Below are positions 25,165-38,927 of a stretch of 64,000 nucleotides of DNA, one piece after another (position 1 is the first letter of the stretch; each line of letters opens with the position of its first letter). The stretch is from positions 207,948,001-208,012,000 of the forward strand of contig OZ024742.1 in the NCBI GenBank assembly GCA_964016885.1, in the 5' to 3' direction. This DNA is from Eledone cirrhosa. Lineage: Eukaryota. The notes beneath the pieces are model-generated. The model was not told the DNA's origin, ran no database searches, and saw only the letters and a program-made list of their open reading frames with translations. The position numbers and the translations under genes were made by a program.

Positions 25165-27228
25165 AGGGAGAGGGATCTGAGGGGGTGGGGAGAAGGGGCG
25201 TGCGGAGTCCGGAGGTCGCGTATGTGTATATGAGGATACGCACGTGTGTGTGGTGTTTATGTGTGATGTGGATACGTGGGAACGTATGATTGGGTGTGTG
25301 CGAAAATAGTGTAAGTATTTGTGTGTGTGTGCGTGTTCCTGTATATTTTCCCGGTGAGTGTATGGACAGATGGTGAAAAAACCTAGTATAAGAAGCTGGA
25401 TGTATGGAGTGTGTGACTAGTGGTGTAGAATCCGTGGAATGGTGTGGAGGAAGTAGAGAGTTGCAGGGTGCGCACGCAACAGGAAGTGGTCAAGAAGGTC
25501 AAGGCAGGCGGCGGAGAAGGCAGAGCGAAGGATGCGAATGGTAGGGATGGTAGTAGTTAGGAGGATGACAGACAGGCACGTGGTAGAGATGGTCTGTATG
25601 TGTGTGCGGGTGCGCGGTGGGTTAGTGTGAAAAGTTGAGGGAGAGGGTGGCGGTGTGTGAGGGGGGTGTTAGTAGTACGGGGGAAGAGAGGGAATGTGCT
25701 GGGAACAGTGTGAGTGAGTGTAATATACTGGTGTGAAGGTGTGGAGTGGGTGGTGTATCGGTGTGTACGTATGCTGGTGTGTATTCGTGTGTGTGTGGTG
25801 AGGGTTAGGGTGGGTTGGGGGTAACGTTTAGTATTATTAGTGGTGGGGCTGGTCGAATGTGGATGTGTGGATGGGGGTTAGTGGTGGTAGTAGGGTGTGT
25901 GAATAGTGTGAGTGAGTGTATATATGTACTGGTGTGTGTGTGCGTGTTGAGGCTGTGGGTGTCCGTGTGATAGGGGAGGGGTTGTTAGTATTATTAGTTG
26001 TGTGGTGGACCAAGGGGTGGGGGTGGCTGGAAGTGAAGGGGACATTGAATTTTGGGAGTGTTCCAGTGGTATTAGTAGGGGGTGTGTCTAGGGGAGTGGG
26101 GGGGAACGATCGAAGGCTAAAGGATGAGGAGTGGGGATTTCAGGCCGGGGTGTGTGTATTCTGTAGGTTGAAGATGGTGTGTTGTTCGGCCCTAAGGTGG
26201 GTTGCGGGGGTCCCATGGCTTTCTACCAGGCCACAGACGGTGAAGTTGTTGGCGGAGTGTCCAGGGGAAACAAAGTGGTGGGCGATGGCGGAACTCCCGC
26301 CGAGACGAATATCTCGGAGATGCTCCGTGAACCGATCCACTAGGCGACGCCCAGTCTGTCCGACATAGGTTGCTCTGCATTCCGTGCAGCGAAGTCCATG
26401 GACTAGGTTGGAGGATGTGCAGCGGAAGGCATGCCGGACAGAGTGAGAGTGGCGGTTGGGACCCTGGAAGGTGGCGGTGTTGGTAATGTGGAGGTAGGTG
26501 TAGCAGTGAGGTCTGGAGCAGGGAAGGAACTGGGGGGAACGGAGTGTGGAGGGTAGGGAGCTGCGGAGGTGTCACGCGCGTTTGAAGAATGGGAGGAGTG
26601 GGGATGGGCAGATGGGGTAGGTGGAGAGGTCGGACTGGAGACGTCGGAAGAGGCGGAGGATGGTGCGGTGGAGGGGTAGGGTGTAGGGGTAATAGCTGAT
26701 GGGTGAGGGGAGGTGACGTGTGAGGCGGCGGGGGATGGGGTTTGGCGGTGGAGCGGCACACTTCCAAGCTGCTAGTGAGGGCGGCGTGGAGGAGGGAATA
26801 ACCTCTCCGGATGAAATGGCTGACCAGATACAGGGCCCGGGTAAGGAATGGGGCGTTTGTTGTGTGTAGGGTGGGAAGGTGAAGTCGAGGTAGGAGTGGC
26901 TGTCGGTGGGTTGGAAGAAGGCGGAGGGGACGAGGGAGGGGTGGGTGGGATCGATGGCGACAGAGATGTCGATAAAGTGGACGTGGGTGGTCGAGATAGA
27001 GCTGGTGAAGTGGAGGGAGGGGTGGAAGGAGCAGAAGAAGGAGAGAAAGGAGTCGAGCTGTTCTCGGGTGAGAGTCGTGGCTCCGATGCGGTCGTCTATG
27101 TATCGACCGTACAGTTCGGGCATGGGGCCGCTGTATTGGGCAAACATTTGGGCCTGAGCATGGCCAACGAATGGTTGGCATAGTTGGGGCCCATTCTTGT
27201 ACCCATGGCTACCCCAGTGACCCGCTGG
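24700..27228 (-). mobile_element. C-rich PLE copy (RT from motif B, GIY-YIG, long 3' region), inverted relative to 20764-23035
   Basis: VTGVAMGTRMGPNYAN, ELYGRYIDD, DRFTEHLRDIRLG; 3' end ctcctgatgaaacgtc is a stem-II-deleted hammerhead. Confidence 0.9.
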
Positions 27229-27917
27229 TAAAACAAACCAAGTTAATTAGTTTAAACATCTGTTCATTATTGAGATTTTTTTTTTTTCTAATGATCGCAA
27301 CTTTTCTAAAAGTAAACCACTTTTCTATTCTCATGCAAGATTTGCAAACACACACACACACACACCCGCACATAAGTACACAGACACCACAGACAGACAC
27401 ACACACACACACACACATATATATACATTATTATACTTTCGGAGGGTCATGCTGTCAGTATTAGCAGACGCACTTTTTGGTTTCCTCTTCAATTTATTAT
27501 AAATTTCCGGTTGGTTGGTTCGATAACCAGATGGTTGTTTATTTATTGGCAAAGCTCTTTATTTACACAATCTGTGACCTCCTCAGTGAGTGGATTTTTA
27601 TTTTTTGTCTCTACTACAAGTTGGTGTAGGACAGAACAAAGGAGAGACACGAAATAAAAACCCAGTAACAGAGGAAGTCACAGAATGTGTGACGTAAGGG
27701 CTTTGACAATATATAAACAAGCATCCGGTTACCGAACCAACCAACTGAATGGAAATTTATATTAAATTGAAGTGAAATCCAACAGGTGCGTATGTTTTTT
27801 ACTGGCAGCATAACCCACCCAAAGTATAATAATATATATTTCAACACTGGTTTTCAGATAATAAATCTTGCAAAACAAATTCAAATCGAAGTATATATAT
27901 ATATATATATATATATA

Positions 27918-28045
27918 GTTTATCCCGGGTTCAATTGGGGGTAAGCACAGTAAGTAAGGTACTCAATACAAAGCAGAGTATAAATATTTAATATAGAAAA
28001 GCTCCTACAAGTCTAGAACTGTTTCTTCAGGAAGATGGCTGTGCA
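27918..28045 (-). repeat. PLE-terminus-like module; second copy at 63585-63725
   Basis: tatcccgggttca..cacagta.gtaaggtactcaataca..ctagaactgttt shared by both. Confidence 0.75.
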
Positions 28046-28402
28046 AGTAATATGGTGGTATTCATATCTTTTCTGCTGGTAGCAGAGGGTGGTGATTGGG
28101 ATGGGTGGAGGTCATTGGTTGATGGGTTTAAAGAAAAGGGAATTCTTTAAAAACTATATTTAGAATATCAAAGGCAGAGATAATTCTATAGACAGGTTCA
28201 CTCTGGGGGTTGCCACTCGTGATTTTTAAGATTCACTTAACTAACAATGCCTTTGGTCAGGTGTCTACAAGCACATTCACACACACACATATATACAAAG
28301 CCCTTACTTCCACACACTCGCAAAAACACACTCTTATACCCATATATTTATCTATATATCTAGGGCAGGTAAAATACGTATGTTCACATACATACACATA
28401 AA

Positions 28403-28588
28403 TAATTGTTTCTATTTTTGGCAAAAGGCCAGCAATTATCTAAGTCTATTACTGGTACCATATTTTATCGACCCCGTAAGGATGAAAGGCAAAGTTAACC
28501 CCGGCGGGATTTGAACACAGACCATAAAGGGCTGCAACTCTTTGCTGCAAAGCATGGCGTCCGACCCTCTACTGATACTGCCAATCAA
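28403..28588 (-). mobile_element. tRNA-derived SINE
   Basis: Family body on the minus strand. Confidence 0.9.
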
Positions 28589-30338
28589 ACATATAAAAAT
28601 ATATATGAGATATGAAAAATAATTTAAAAAATAAAAAAATTAAAATTATAAATAAAATTAGTAAATGAAAAAATTACGAAAATAAAAAAAATAAATGAAA
28701 ACAAACACGAACACGCATGTATATATACACATACTTACACACAGATACATACACATAGATACACACATATAGGTCAGTGTCAAGAAATATGTGGACATAC
28801 ACATACATACGTAAATTAAGCAATAAATAATATGATATAATATATATATATAAATATATGTGTGTGTGTTTGTGTATATCCATATATATATATATATGCC
28901 CTGCGTTTGTGTGTGTGTGTTTTCCCACACATGTTGCCATTGGTTTGTATCCCCGCTAGATTATAGAAGAGAAGATTTCATTCTGTCTCCACTATTTTAG
29001 AGTATTACATTGGAACCTGCCACAAAATTCTGCCTGGAAATTTACGATTGAATATGCGTCGGTAGTCAACCTGTAGGGATTAAATGTATGTGTGGCGGAG
29101 TAATGGAGGTAGCAAGTTGTGCAATTTTCAGAAAATTCTAGATTTGTGGGCATCGAAATGGAAGACATTAACAAATGGCTTGGGTAGTTTTTGCATTCCA
29201 GTCCACTAATACGATGAACACTTATTTTTAAGGAGCTACTCAGTTGATCTTTTCAAAGACCGCATAAATCATTTTGACCGTATCACTGTCAAATTCAAAG
29301 CACGGCCTAAACTATGGTGTTTTCACGCGCTACCTTTTCTAATGGCATATTTTAATCTCCGCAATAATTAAGATGGTAATATATTACCATATATTTTCGA
29401 TATTAAATTATCTCGACCAGGTGTTGTTAACACAATTTTAGTAAATCATTTATTCCTTCTTGGCGTACTTCATTCGATAATCCGAAGAATGGAGAAAGAC
29501 AAACCTCTGAGGTCTGCCCTTATCAGTTGTCATTTATCTGTTGGGTCATTCCATGTCAAATCCCCCAGAGGGTGCCAGGTCACAATACCCCTCTGAAAAA
29601 ATTCGTGCTAGCTCCTGTACCTATATGATTGAAAAATATCAAGTATTAAACCAATATATTTGATAGATTTGAAATTGCAGGCCTTTAAAATATCAATTAA
29701 TATACATTTCTCTAATCAGGTAAGCACAACTTTGAAATCATGCGTTTGGGGCTAACTTTTCTGTAGAGTTGAAATATCTCATCAACTCAAGTGCATCTTG
29801 TATATTTTTCAATCTACGGGCCTCTGAAAATTGCCAAGAATTAAACGTACAACAAATGTATGTCTCTTTTAGTTATTTTTATCTCAATAGGTACACTAGA
29901 TAAGCAACCACAATTTTTTACCTCTTACTTAGAAGACCATTTCTGAGCAGTAACCATGTTAGTTACTATTATGGGATTGTCAGGCAGGGTTGAATTGAGT
30001 GATAGTTAATTCGACAATACAAAGAGCCAGAAAAAAATAGACCTCTTACACTTAAATTCTTTTGGCAAATGGCTTCTATTTGTAGCAGATTATATCTATA
30101 TCATAGAAAAATGCTGTTCCAAAAGGCCTGCCATATTTTTAACCATAAATCTACTTTAACTAGCCTTCCAGAATAAACAGCTTATCTATCCCATATCTCA
30201 GTTATTTCTCAATTTAATGATATTTTAATCACGGTAGGCTGAGAATCAATTTCCTTCAAGTGAAATCATTATCTTGTTAATTTGCCACTGTACGTCACTA
30301 ATTGTTTATATACATCTAGACACTTAAGGACAAATACG

Positions 30339-30403
<65 letters not shown>

Positions 30404-30507
30404 ATATATATATATATATTATATATAGAGTTATAAACTCAAATAGTCTTTTACAATTAAATACCTCAAAGAAAGGAATATTTCTGAGCCGTGTAATACA
30501 AATGAAT

Positions 30508-30878
30508 ATATGATAGGGATAAACACTGATACAAGTATACATGTGTTCGTATTGCAAATGACCAAGTTAGCTAGATTGAAAAATACTAATTAAAATAATA
30601 CGGTTTGCCTGTCTCGATTTAAAATAATAAATCAATAAAAACAAACGTATATTAGCAAAAGCCGTGATACCTGGACAAATCTAAATTTTAAATTTCAAAT
30701 TTGTTTCGCAACAATTAAGTAAAAGTTCCAATTTCGGTGCTCTTCTGCAGGTATCCAGAAATTGGTAAGTTTCCTTTCAAAATACTTAAGAAGACTGAGA
30801 TAAATGTGTTATTGAACGCACATGTGTCACAGTGTCTAGCACGTCCTATACTCGTGCCGCTAAATATATATATATATA

Positions 30879-30920
<42 letters not shown>

Positions 30921-31400
30921 TATATATATATATGCATATATATATCTATATATATATGTATTTATATATATATGTGTGTGTTTGCATGCATATATATGTG
31001 TATATATATGTTTACGTATATATATATACATGCAAATAAAAATACGTATATATATAGATGTGTTTGTGCGCTCGCGTATGTCTGAGTGTCTAATTGTATG
31101 GGGTGGGGTAAGAAAACAATTTTAGAAATAGGAGATAAGAAATATACACATATATTTCATGATACTCCGGCTATGGATTTGTCAAAAGCTAATTATTCCA
31201 CATAAAATGAGAAAATATGAAAAGTTGGGTAAAAGATGAAAGAAAATCTTAACGTCAAAAATCTGAAATGCATTCTACTAAAAAACGAAAAAGGAATTTG
31301 CCTATATCTTAACAGGCAATCATTCCCACGCGCACACGATGTATAAATGGGAACAGGCACATATTTACATACACACACACACACATACATATATAAATAT

Positions 31401-31487
<87 letters not shown>

Positions 31488-32455
31488 CATATGTAAGTAT
31501 ATATATATATAAGCGTATGTGTGTGTATGTATTTATGTACGTATGTAAACAAGCATTTATTTTTGTTTATGGGAAAATTTGTTTATCAGACGTGTTGTAT
31601 AATTTGAGATCAGGACTGTGCTCTAGTTGTTCTATTTAACAATGTTTTCTTATTACTTACGCAAGAAATCTTTATATTCTATTTGCAACAATTTAAGATT
31701 CAAATTCCAACAATTTGTCAAAACCGTCGAACCCACAACTCTAAAGTGAAATAGTGATGACTTGCGTTGCTATCTCTTTCTACTAGGCCGTAAAAATGGG
31801 ATCAGTATTTACGCAATAATGATTAGAATAAAGGAGACTGATGTTCTCACAATAAATTTCAGATTAATCAAAAATGGCTCTCTTACTTAACCAATAATTT
31901 AAACCATAGGGTTACACGGGAGCAACAAATCAAAACACATGTACTGCAATTATTAAAGATACACAGATAATTCGCACAAACATACACACATATATATATG
32001 CCCTGTGTTTATGCACACACAAACACATATGTATACAATAACTGAATCTATGATATTCTCGGCTCCCTATGTATGTACAGCTAACTTTAGTCTCATAAAC
32101 CCAGCTGCTATTTTTAGCGGCATGAGTATGGGACGCGTTAGGCGCTGTAACATGTGCGTTTATACCCACGCATCCTTCTGTCTTCTGAGTTCCTTTGAAG
32201 TGAAAGGTACGAATTTTTCTGGATACACGCAGAAGAGCACAGGAGTTTCGGGTTTCACTTAATAATTCTTGCGAAACAGATTCATGTCTGTCCAGGTATC
32301 ATAGGCTCTTTGCTGAAATAGGTTCGTTATTTTTATTGATTTATTATGTTAAATCCAGTCATGCAAACCATATTGTTTTAAATTAGCATTTTTCAACCTA
32401 GCTAACTTGGTCATTTGCAATTGGAACACATGTAGAGTTATATCTGTGTTCATCC

Positions 32456-32462
<7 letters not shown>
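30508..32462. repeat. Diverged ~300 bp inverted repeat pair (30508-30810 / 32170-32462)
   Basis: ttgcaaatgaccaagttagctag vs ctagctaacttggtcatttgcaa; gtgctcttctgc..tatccagaaa vs tttctggata..gcagaagagcac. Confidence 0.8.
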
Positions 32463-32514
<52 letters not shown>

Positions 32515-33290
32515 TAGACCACCCGTGACCAGTTGGGTCATGTTCACTTTAAAATAATTTTTAAATAATTAAAATATAAACAAAATGTATATAATGTAAA
32601 ATGACAGTGGAAAGCCAATATATATATAAGTGTATGTGTATATATGTGTGTGTTTGTGTGTGTGGGTGTCTGTGGCCTATATACACTGGTTACAGACACA
32701 CACACACATACATCATGTCCTAACACTAGTTATAAGATACATATAACTTAATATTCAGTAACCAAATTCAAGCTAGATACAGTAATGATGTATTCAATTC
32801 TTTGAAGTCAACTGTCATAATTTCATTAAACAACACCACCAGCTCTCTCTCCCTCTCTCTCACAACCACTATCTGCGGTTGTTTTCACATTTAAATGGTA
32901 CCTTACTTTCAAAGAATTTTCCAATTATGCGCTGATGTGGCTACTTATAAAGGTACCCGAAAAAACCCGCGTATTTCGGGAACCCGTGGTCCGATTTACG
33001 CGAAACTTATCTTTTCACTGTATTATTCACAAGTATTTTCACAAAGAAAATATCAAATCATTTTTCACTAATAGCTAGCCAGTCACTCCACTTCAAAATT
33101 CTTTTTTATATATCTCCATGGATGCTTCACTGTTTGATCTGAGAGATTTTTCTTCTTAAAAAGCTGCAATGTTAATGAAAAGCTGGTTTTATTTACAAAA
33201 ATTTGAAAGAAATTATTCTTACTTGTCTTAGTTTTTCCTTTTCCTTTCATTTTCTGACGTCGGAACCAACATTTTCTAATATTTACTCTG

Positions 33291-34847
33291 TTACAGTTTG
33301 TTCAAAAGAATGCTTTTGATGACAACATTCTTAGTTGACTGGGTATCCTTGAGAAACACTCTGACATTTTCTTTTCGTTTTCCGCGGCTAATGGCTACAT
33401 ACAGTTGACCGTGTTGGAATACAGGTCGTTCCAGATAAACCCAGACGTTTTCTATAGTTTGTCCTTGTGCTTTATGAATAGTCATAGCGAAGCACGATTG
33501 AACTGGGAATTGGCTTCGCTGCAAAGGAATATACTCACCTTCGGATAGATTAATTCTTATTCTAGGTATCATAACGATCACATTTCTGAAAGCAGCAGTG
33601 TTGATTCTTGCTACTATGAGATTTTCGTGCAGTCCTTCCACGATCATGCGCGTTCCATTACAAAGCCTTGGAGGATTCAAGTTTCTCATAAGAATTATTG
33701 GCGATCCTTTTTTCAATTCCAGGTTATGTGGTGGCAGTCCTGATAGTTCAACCGAATCAAGGAATTCAGTCGGGAAATGAGTGGCATTGGCACAATCACT
33801 CACAGAATTATAGGATCGGTACTTTTTTATGGTTCCAGGGAAGCGTCTGATACTGGTGGAATTGATACTTCTCACCATTTCATTGAGAGGTACTAAGATG
33901 CAATTGTTCGAAAACACTTCAGCTGCATTGTCGAATGAGGGGTAGATGAAATCAATACATTCTTCCATAGTTGTTGCTTGGAGAACCATTTCTTTTGGCA
34001 AAATAATTTCCACATTTTCAGTTTTTTTTATCTTATCTTCTCCAATATCCAGTAGGAAGTGTGAATAGTCTCCTGCGCCCCCAACCAATCGTATGTTTGT
34101 CTTCAACTGAAATCTTTTGAAACTTCGCCATAAGCAGGATTTTTTAATGTAGGCGTTTTCCACGTCCACTTCATTTCCCCTTTTCACTACCGGAAGAAGC
34201 TGACGGAAATCGCCACAGCAAATTGTCAAAATTCCACCGAATGCCTCATTGTTGTCGCCTATGTCACGCAGAGTGAGGTCAACAGCTTCGAAGCTTTCCC
34301 TCCGAATCATAGGACACTCTTCCCAAATAATCAGCCTCGTATGCTGGAAGAGGTTTGCTCTCTTTGAGTTTTTATCAACGTTGCACAGACCATTTTCTTT
34401 CACTACTATCGGTATTTTGAACCTAGAATGCGCTGTTATTCCACCAGGCATCAGTGTTGCGGCAATGCCAGATGACGCAACAGCAATAGCCACGTCACCG
34501 TTTCCCCTGACTTTTGAAAGAATTAAGTTAATCAGGAATGTCTTTCCTGTTCCACCTGGAGCATCAATGAAAATCAATGCAGACGTTTTCGTCTCTAAAC
34601 TGTTACAAACGAAGTCATACATGTGTTTTTGTTTACTATTCAATAGAGGCTCCGTCTCTTCTACAAATCGTCGCTGCACTTCTCTGCTGTATTGCAATTC
34701 ATGCAATAACTCCAAATTGGCAATATCCTGATTAGCAACAATATTATTTGGCCTTGGCAAGTTAAAGTCACTCAGACATTTTCCCAGGTCGTTAAGTTTG
34801 TCTTCAAAATACAGAAGACGTTGCTCATAATATCTCTCGCTAATCAA
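33291..34847 (-). CDS. Helitron Pif1-family helicase domain (518 aa open segment of the RepHel pseudogene)
   Basis: FIDAPGGTGKTF, AVASSGIAATL, GDFRQLLPV, LMRNLNPPRLCNGTR, FAMTIHKAQGQT, HGQLYVAISR. Confidence 0.92.
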   Translation of the reverse strand: MISERYYEQRLLYFEDKLNDLGKCLSDFNLPRPNNIVANQDIANLELLHELQYSREVQRRFVEETEPLLNSKQKHMYDFVCNSLETKTSALIFIDAPGGTGKTFLINLILSKVRGNGDVAIAVASSGIAATLMPGGITAHSRFKIPIVVKENGLCNVDKNSKRANLFQHTRLIIWEECPMIRRESFEAVDLTLRDIGDNNEAFGGILTICCGDFRQLLPVVKRGNEVDVENAYIKKSCLWRSFKRFQLKTNIRLVGGAGDYSHFLLDIGEDKIKKTENVEIILPKEMVLQATTMEECIDFIYPSFDNAAEVFSNNCILVPLNEMVRSINSTSIRRFPGTIKKYRSYNSVSDCANATHFPTEFLDSVELSGLPPHNLELKKGSPIILMRNLNPPRLCNGTRMIVEGLHENLIVARINTAAFRNVIVMIPRIRINLSEGEYIPLQRSQFPVQSCFAMTIHKAQGQTIENVWVYLERPVFQHGQLYVAISRGKRKENVRVFLKDTQSTKNVVIKSILLNKL

Positions 34848-34913
34848 AAGGTTACAGTTTCTGGTAGCCCTTTTTTCTATTTGAAGGTAATCCTCAGACA
34901 GCGAATGCTTAAA

Positions 34914-37253
34914 TCAAACCCATAAAGCACCGGAATTGTCAATTTCCGTATTTGTGAGGAGCACGATGAATAGATCTCTCATGGCTTTGGGAAGCCTTGT
35001 TCGCTCAGCATCTTCCAGAATCTGCTGCCAATGATCATCCGATTGAAACAAACCTTTCTCTCTGCAGACGTCTTTGAATAATGGCAGGAGTTCTCCATCA
35101 CACATTTTCAAAGAGTTGGAGGATACTGGCCCTTTGACGTGATGCAGAAGGAGTCTTAAATAATGCAGGTGACCACTATACTGCTCAACTGTTTTCCCCA
35201 CCTTTCTCCTTTCCCATCTCTTATTACTCCTAGTGTAAAACTTTGGCACATCGGCATAATACAATGTTTTTGCAAACGGGTCGCGATCGCAAAGATCCAT
35301 GATCTCACTCAGAGTCGTCTTAGCCATGTTATTGTTTACATTAACAGCAGCATTGACACGAAATAAGATTTGATTTTCCTCAGGTAGATGAACTTGAAGG
35401 CGAACTATGGCCGGTTCTCTCTCATGAATTAGAAATCCAAGTATCAAAGCAACAGCTTATGAAGGACCGATATATCTTCCTGTTAAATACTGTATTATCT
35501 CATCTTCCCTGTTTACTCCAAACATTGCCTGATCACTGCCCTTCATGGTATATTTGATAACGTATTTGATCGATTTCACGGAAGAGCACATCTCTACGTT
35601 TAGGTGGCAGTTGAACAGTTTTAATAGTTTCATTTTGTAGGGAACCACCCATTCCGAAGTTATATTTCGGCTTCCCCTTCCTTCTTGGTGCCCCTAAAAT
35701 CCTCCCATTCCTGGAGACCATCTTCTGTACACAGGATAAGAGTCCTCTCCACACAATGTATATTCATTGAAAGGCTTAGGGTGCCGCTAACTGCACGTTC
35801 CATCTTTTCAACAAGGCGAATTGTTAGAGCAATTCGGACCGTGGATCATGTGCTTCAGCACCAATTCATGACCCTCTGGATCTTTGTTTGAATCTGGTAT
35901 TTCGTCTTGAACAAATTTATCATATTCCTGCGGTCTGGGCTTCTAGGCTTCATTGAGCCATAGCAAACAGAGCCCATAAGGAAGACATCGCTTTTGATAT
36001 TCGACTGTCAGCACGTAAGCTATGCACTTGCAAAATAGGCCATCTACTCCAGTAAGATACTTTCTTAACATTTTCCGCTTCAGGTCAAATACTCTGGCAA
36101 TTAAATCTGGCCTGTCATGAGGCTTCTGTTTCAGGAATAGGTTTTGCCGGATTTCAGGCCAGTTTAGATTGCATGTCATTGTGATGAAGAACGAAGGATT
36201 ACTGTACTTCCGTATGCACATCATGGTATCATGGCATCGCTCCATCATATATCTCGGTCCACCGACAAATGTGGAAGAGAGTATGATTCTCCTGCCAATA
36301 TTGCGAAAATCGTCATCATCATTCAATACGTCAGTAAGGCCCTTGTATGTTGTAGATCGCAATGATGTTTGATTCATTCGGATGTATTGCAGTCTATCTC
36401 CTTCAATCTTCGCAGCCATGTCAACCAACTCTTGCTGAAATAAACGACCACCTCTGAGAAGTCGGTTGAATTCATTCTCATGTTTCATTTGATAGGCATA
36501 TTAGCGCATTGGCGTCAACTTCTTGTTGTTGCTCATTAACAGCTCATGATGCCATCCGCCATCTCTAAAAGGAAAAAATAGAACATATTGCAAACTGTCA
36601 TAGGACCGATGGTACTCTGTGATTATGTGCCGTGCCTTTGCTTGAAGTTCGGTGCTGTTTTATATAATAACGGCAACTTCGTTTTCAGTTTGTGCATTAA
36701 ATCTTCTCTCATGTTACATTGCTGGTCTCCTATCAGGATCAATAATAATCGAAGCTTCGGAAATATTTTTAATTTGTTCTTTTGCCATTCGAAATTAATC
36801 AACGTAAGGGTTATATTGTCTGAGTATTATTTTCAATAATTCAACTATATCGCGCTGAATGCCATCGTTCTGGAGTATCCAGATCCTCAAATTAATACTT
36901 TCCTGACGATCCAAGAAGTAAATTTGAAGAAATTGAGGTTGTTTGTTGGCATTAGGGGTTAAGGAACCGATGTAATGGTGAATTTGACAATGAATAACGA
37001 TAGAAGGATTCCGTTCACTCCTTGAGGAACGAATCTCTTCGGCCTCAAAATATGTCATTTGGAACAGGCAGTTGTATTGTCTGAGGTTCTTCCTGAACTC
37101 GTTTGCCCTAGGTTGATCAGTACTAAATAAACTGTAAAGTTCCTGCGGTAAAGGCTGCAGATTCCCCAACCTGGCTTTTCCATTCATACAGCAAAAGATA
37201 GCAGTTTCACCATGAAAAAGCATTGCATCACAATAGACACAGATCTTATTCAT
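34914..37253 (-). pseudogene. Helitron Rep (HUH) and N-terminal domains, multiple stops and frameshifts
   Basis: CVYCDA..CCMNGK, FLQIYFLD, GGPRYM, FITMTCN, VEYQKRCLPYGLC (degenerate HUH), KYVIKYTMKG (Y2), YLRLLLHHVKGP. Confidence 0.9.
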
Positions 37254-37630
37254 TTTTCCAACATCAGCAGAGAGGTCACGTCGTTGAATTGTCCTTGCTC
37301 TATCCCTAATGGTTTGTTGGCAAAGACTTTCAGTTCTCTGAAATAATAATAAAAAAAATGAAGATATTGTCTATGTAAATAAACTATTTGTGAAATCAAA
37401 TTCACTTTAAAATATTTCTAAATAATTGAAATATTCTTTTTAACTAAAGCAAAAATATAAACACCTACGTCATCAACTGGTATTTTTCAGTGATATTCAC
37501 TTAATGCTTTTCTGATAATTAAAATATCGTCTGTTTAAAGAAAGCTCAAATATAGATACTTGAAGTACAAACAACTTGTAGATTTGAAATCATATTCACT
37601 GAGAAAACTCTAACAAATATTTGTTTAATC

Positions 37631-37815
37631 ATTGGCAGTATCGGTAGAGAGTCGGACACCATGCTTTGAAGCATAGAGTTACGTCCCTTTATGATCTGAG
37701 TTCAAAATCCCGCCGAGGTTAACTTTGCCTTTCATCCTTACGGGGTCGATAAAATAAAGTACCAGTAATGTACTGGGTAATTGCTGGCCTTGTGCCTAAA
37801 ATAGAAACAATTATT
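37631..37815 (+). mobile_element. tRNA-derived SINE nested in the Helitron
   Basis: attggcagtatcggtagag..gcctttcatccttacggggtcgataaaat..gaaacaattatt. Confidence 0.92.
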
Positions 37816-37983
37816 AAATATATTTCTCGAATGATGAAAATAGTTTATGTGGATTTACGTCAAACTTGTTTTATACCAATTTCAGGGTTATATCAGTTAT
37901 TATATATATTAATATATATATATTTTTCCATTATGCACCGTTTTGGCTATTTACGAAGGTATCCTACACACACACACACACAC

Positions 37984-38014
<31 letters not shown>

Positions 38015-38845
38015 GTCTCTAACTTAAGTACTGTTACAGACACATACACACACACACACACATGTCTCTAAGTACGTAAACACATGCACTGGCACACATA
38101 CACATACAGATACACACGGTGGCAGTAGAACTGTGAAAGAGAGAGAAAGAAATAACGTTATGTATAGGAGGAGAGTTAAAATAAATAAAAGTTAAGGATG
38201 CTGTCTCTTTCCCTATCTGTCATCCCCCCTCTCTCTTTCATCCCCTCACTCTCTCTCTTTCTCTCTCTCTCACCCTCACCCTCTCTTTCTCTCTCTCATT
38301 CCCCTCTCTCTCTTTCTCTCTTTCACCCCCTCTCTGTCTCTCTTACCTACAGAATGGACAACCAAAACACAAATGGATTATTTCTTTCGATATTCATTAT
38401 AAAATAAGATAAGTTGAATTTAGATGAATTCTTTGCTATTTTTTGAAAATTAAAAATATTGTCCAGGTGCGATTTACGCCAAACTTGTTTTATTCAGAGT
38501 ATTTTCTCATTATGGAATGTTTTGGCTATTTACGAAGTTTTGCAGGGTTATGTTAATTTCGAGGTATTTTCCCAGTATGCACCGTTGAGGCTATTTACGA
38601 AGGTACCCCCAAAACCCGCGAATCTCGTGAATTCGGGGTCAGATTTTCGCGAAAATTGTTTTATTCAATTTGTATTCCCATTTCAGAGACAACTTCCTTT
38701 CAAAGTATTTACCCGTTATGCGCCCTTTTGGCTGTATTACATAACAGACAAGCAAGCACGCAAGCACGCAGGTTCAGAGTTTTAGTAGTATATAGATATA
38801 CAAATATAATTTCAGCGAGATCGCATTTCGGTATATATATATATG

Positions 38846-38924
<79 letters not shown>

Positions 38925-38927
<3 letters not shown>

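Larger units (their letters stand above)
32514..38796 (-). mobile_element. Full-span Helitron, decayed autonomous copy
   Basis: Minus strand 5' A|TCTATATAC at 38796; 3' hairpin (tgacccaactggtcacgggt) then CTAG|T at 32514; Rep and helicase ORFs inside. Confidence 0.88.

Noticed and set aside
28980-29520. AP-endonuclease-like words (VLVDWNAK) on the minus strand
   Set aside because: Too degraded, and motif order is inconsistent, so no call is made
29543-30300. GGGTCATTCCATGTCAAAT as a DNA transposon TIR
   Set aside because: No partner TIR, TSD or transposase found in the window
33291-34847. Host PIF1 gene
   Set aside because: Intronless, contiguous with Helitron Rep remnants and inside TC..CTAG termini
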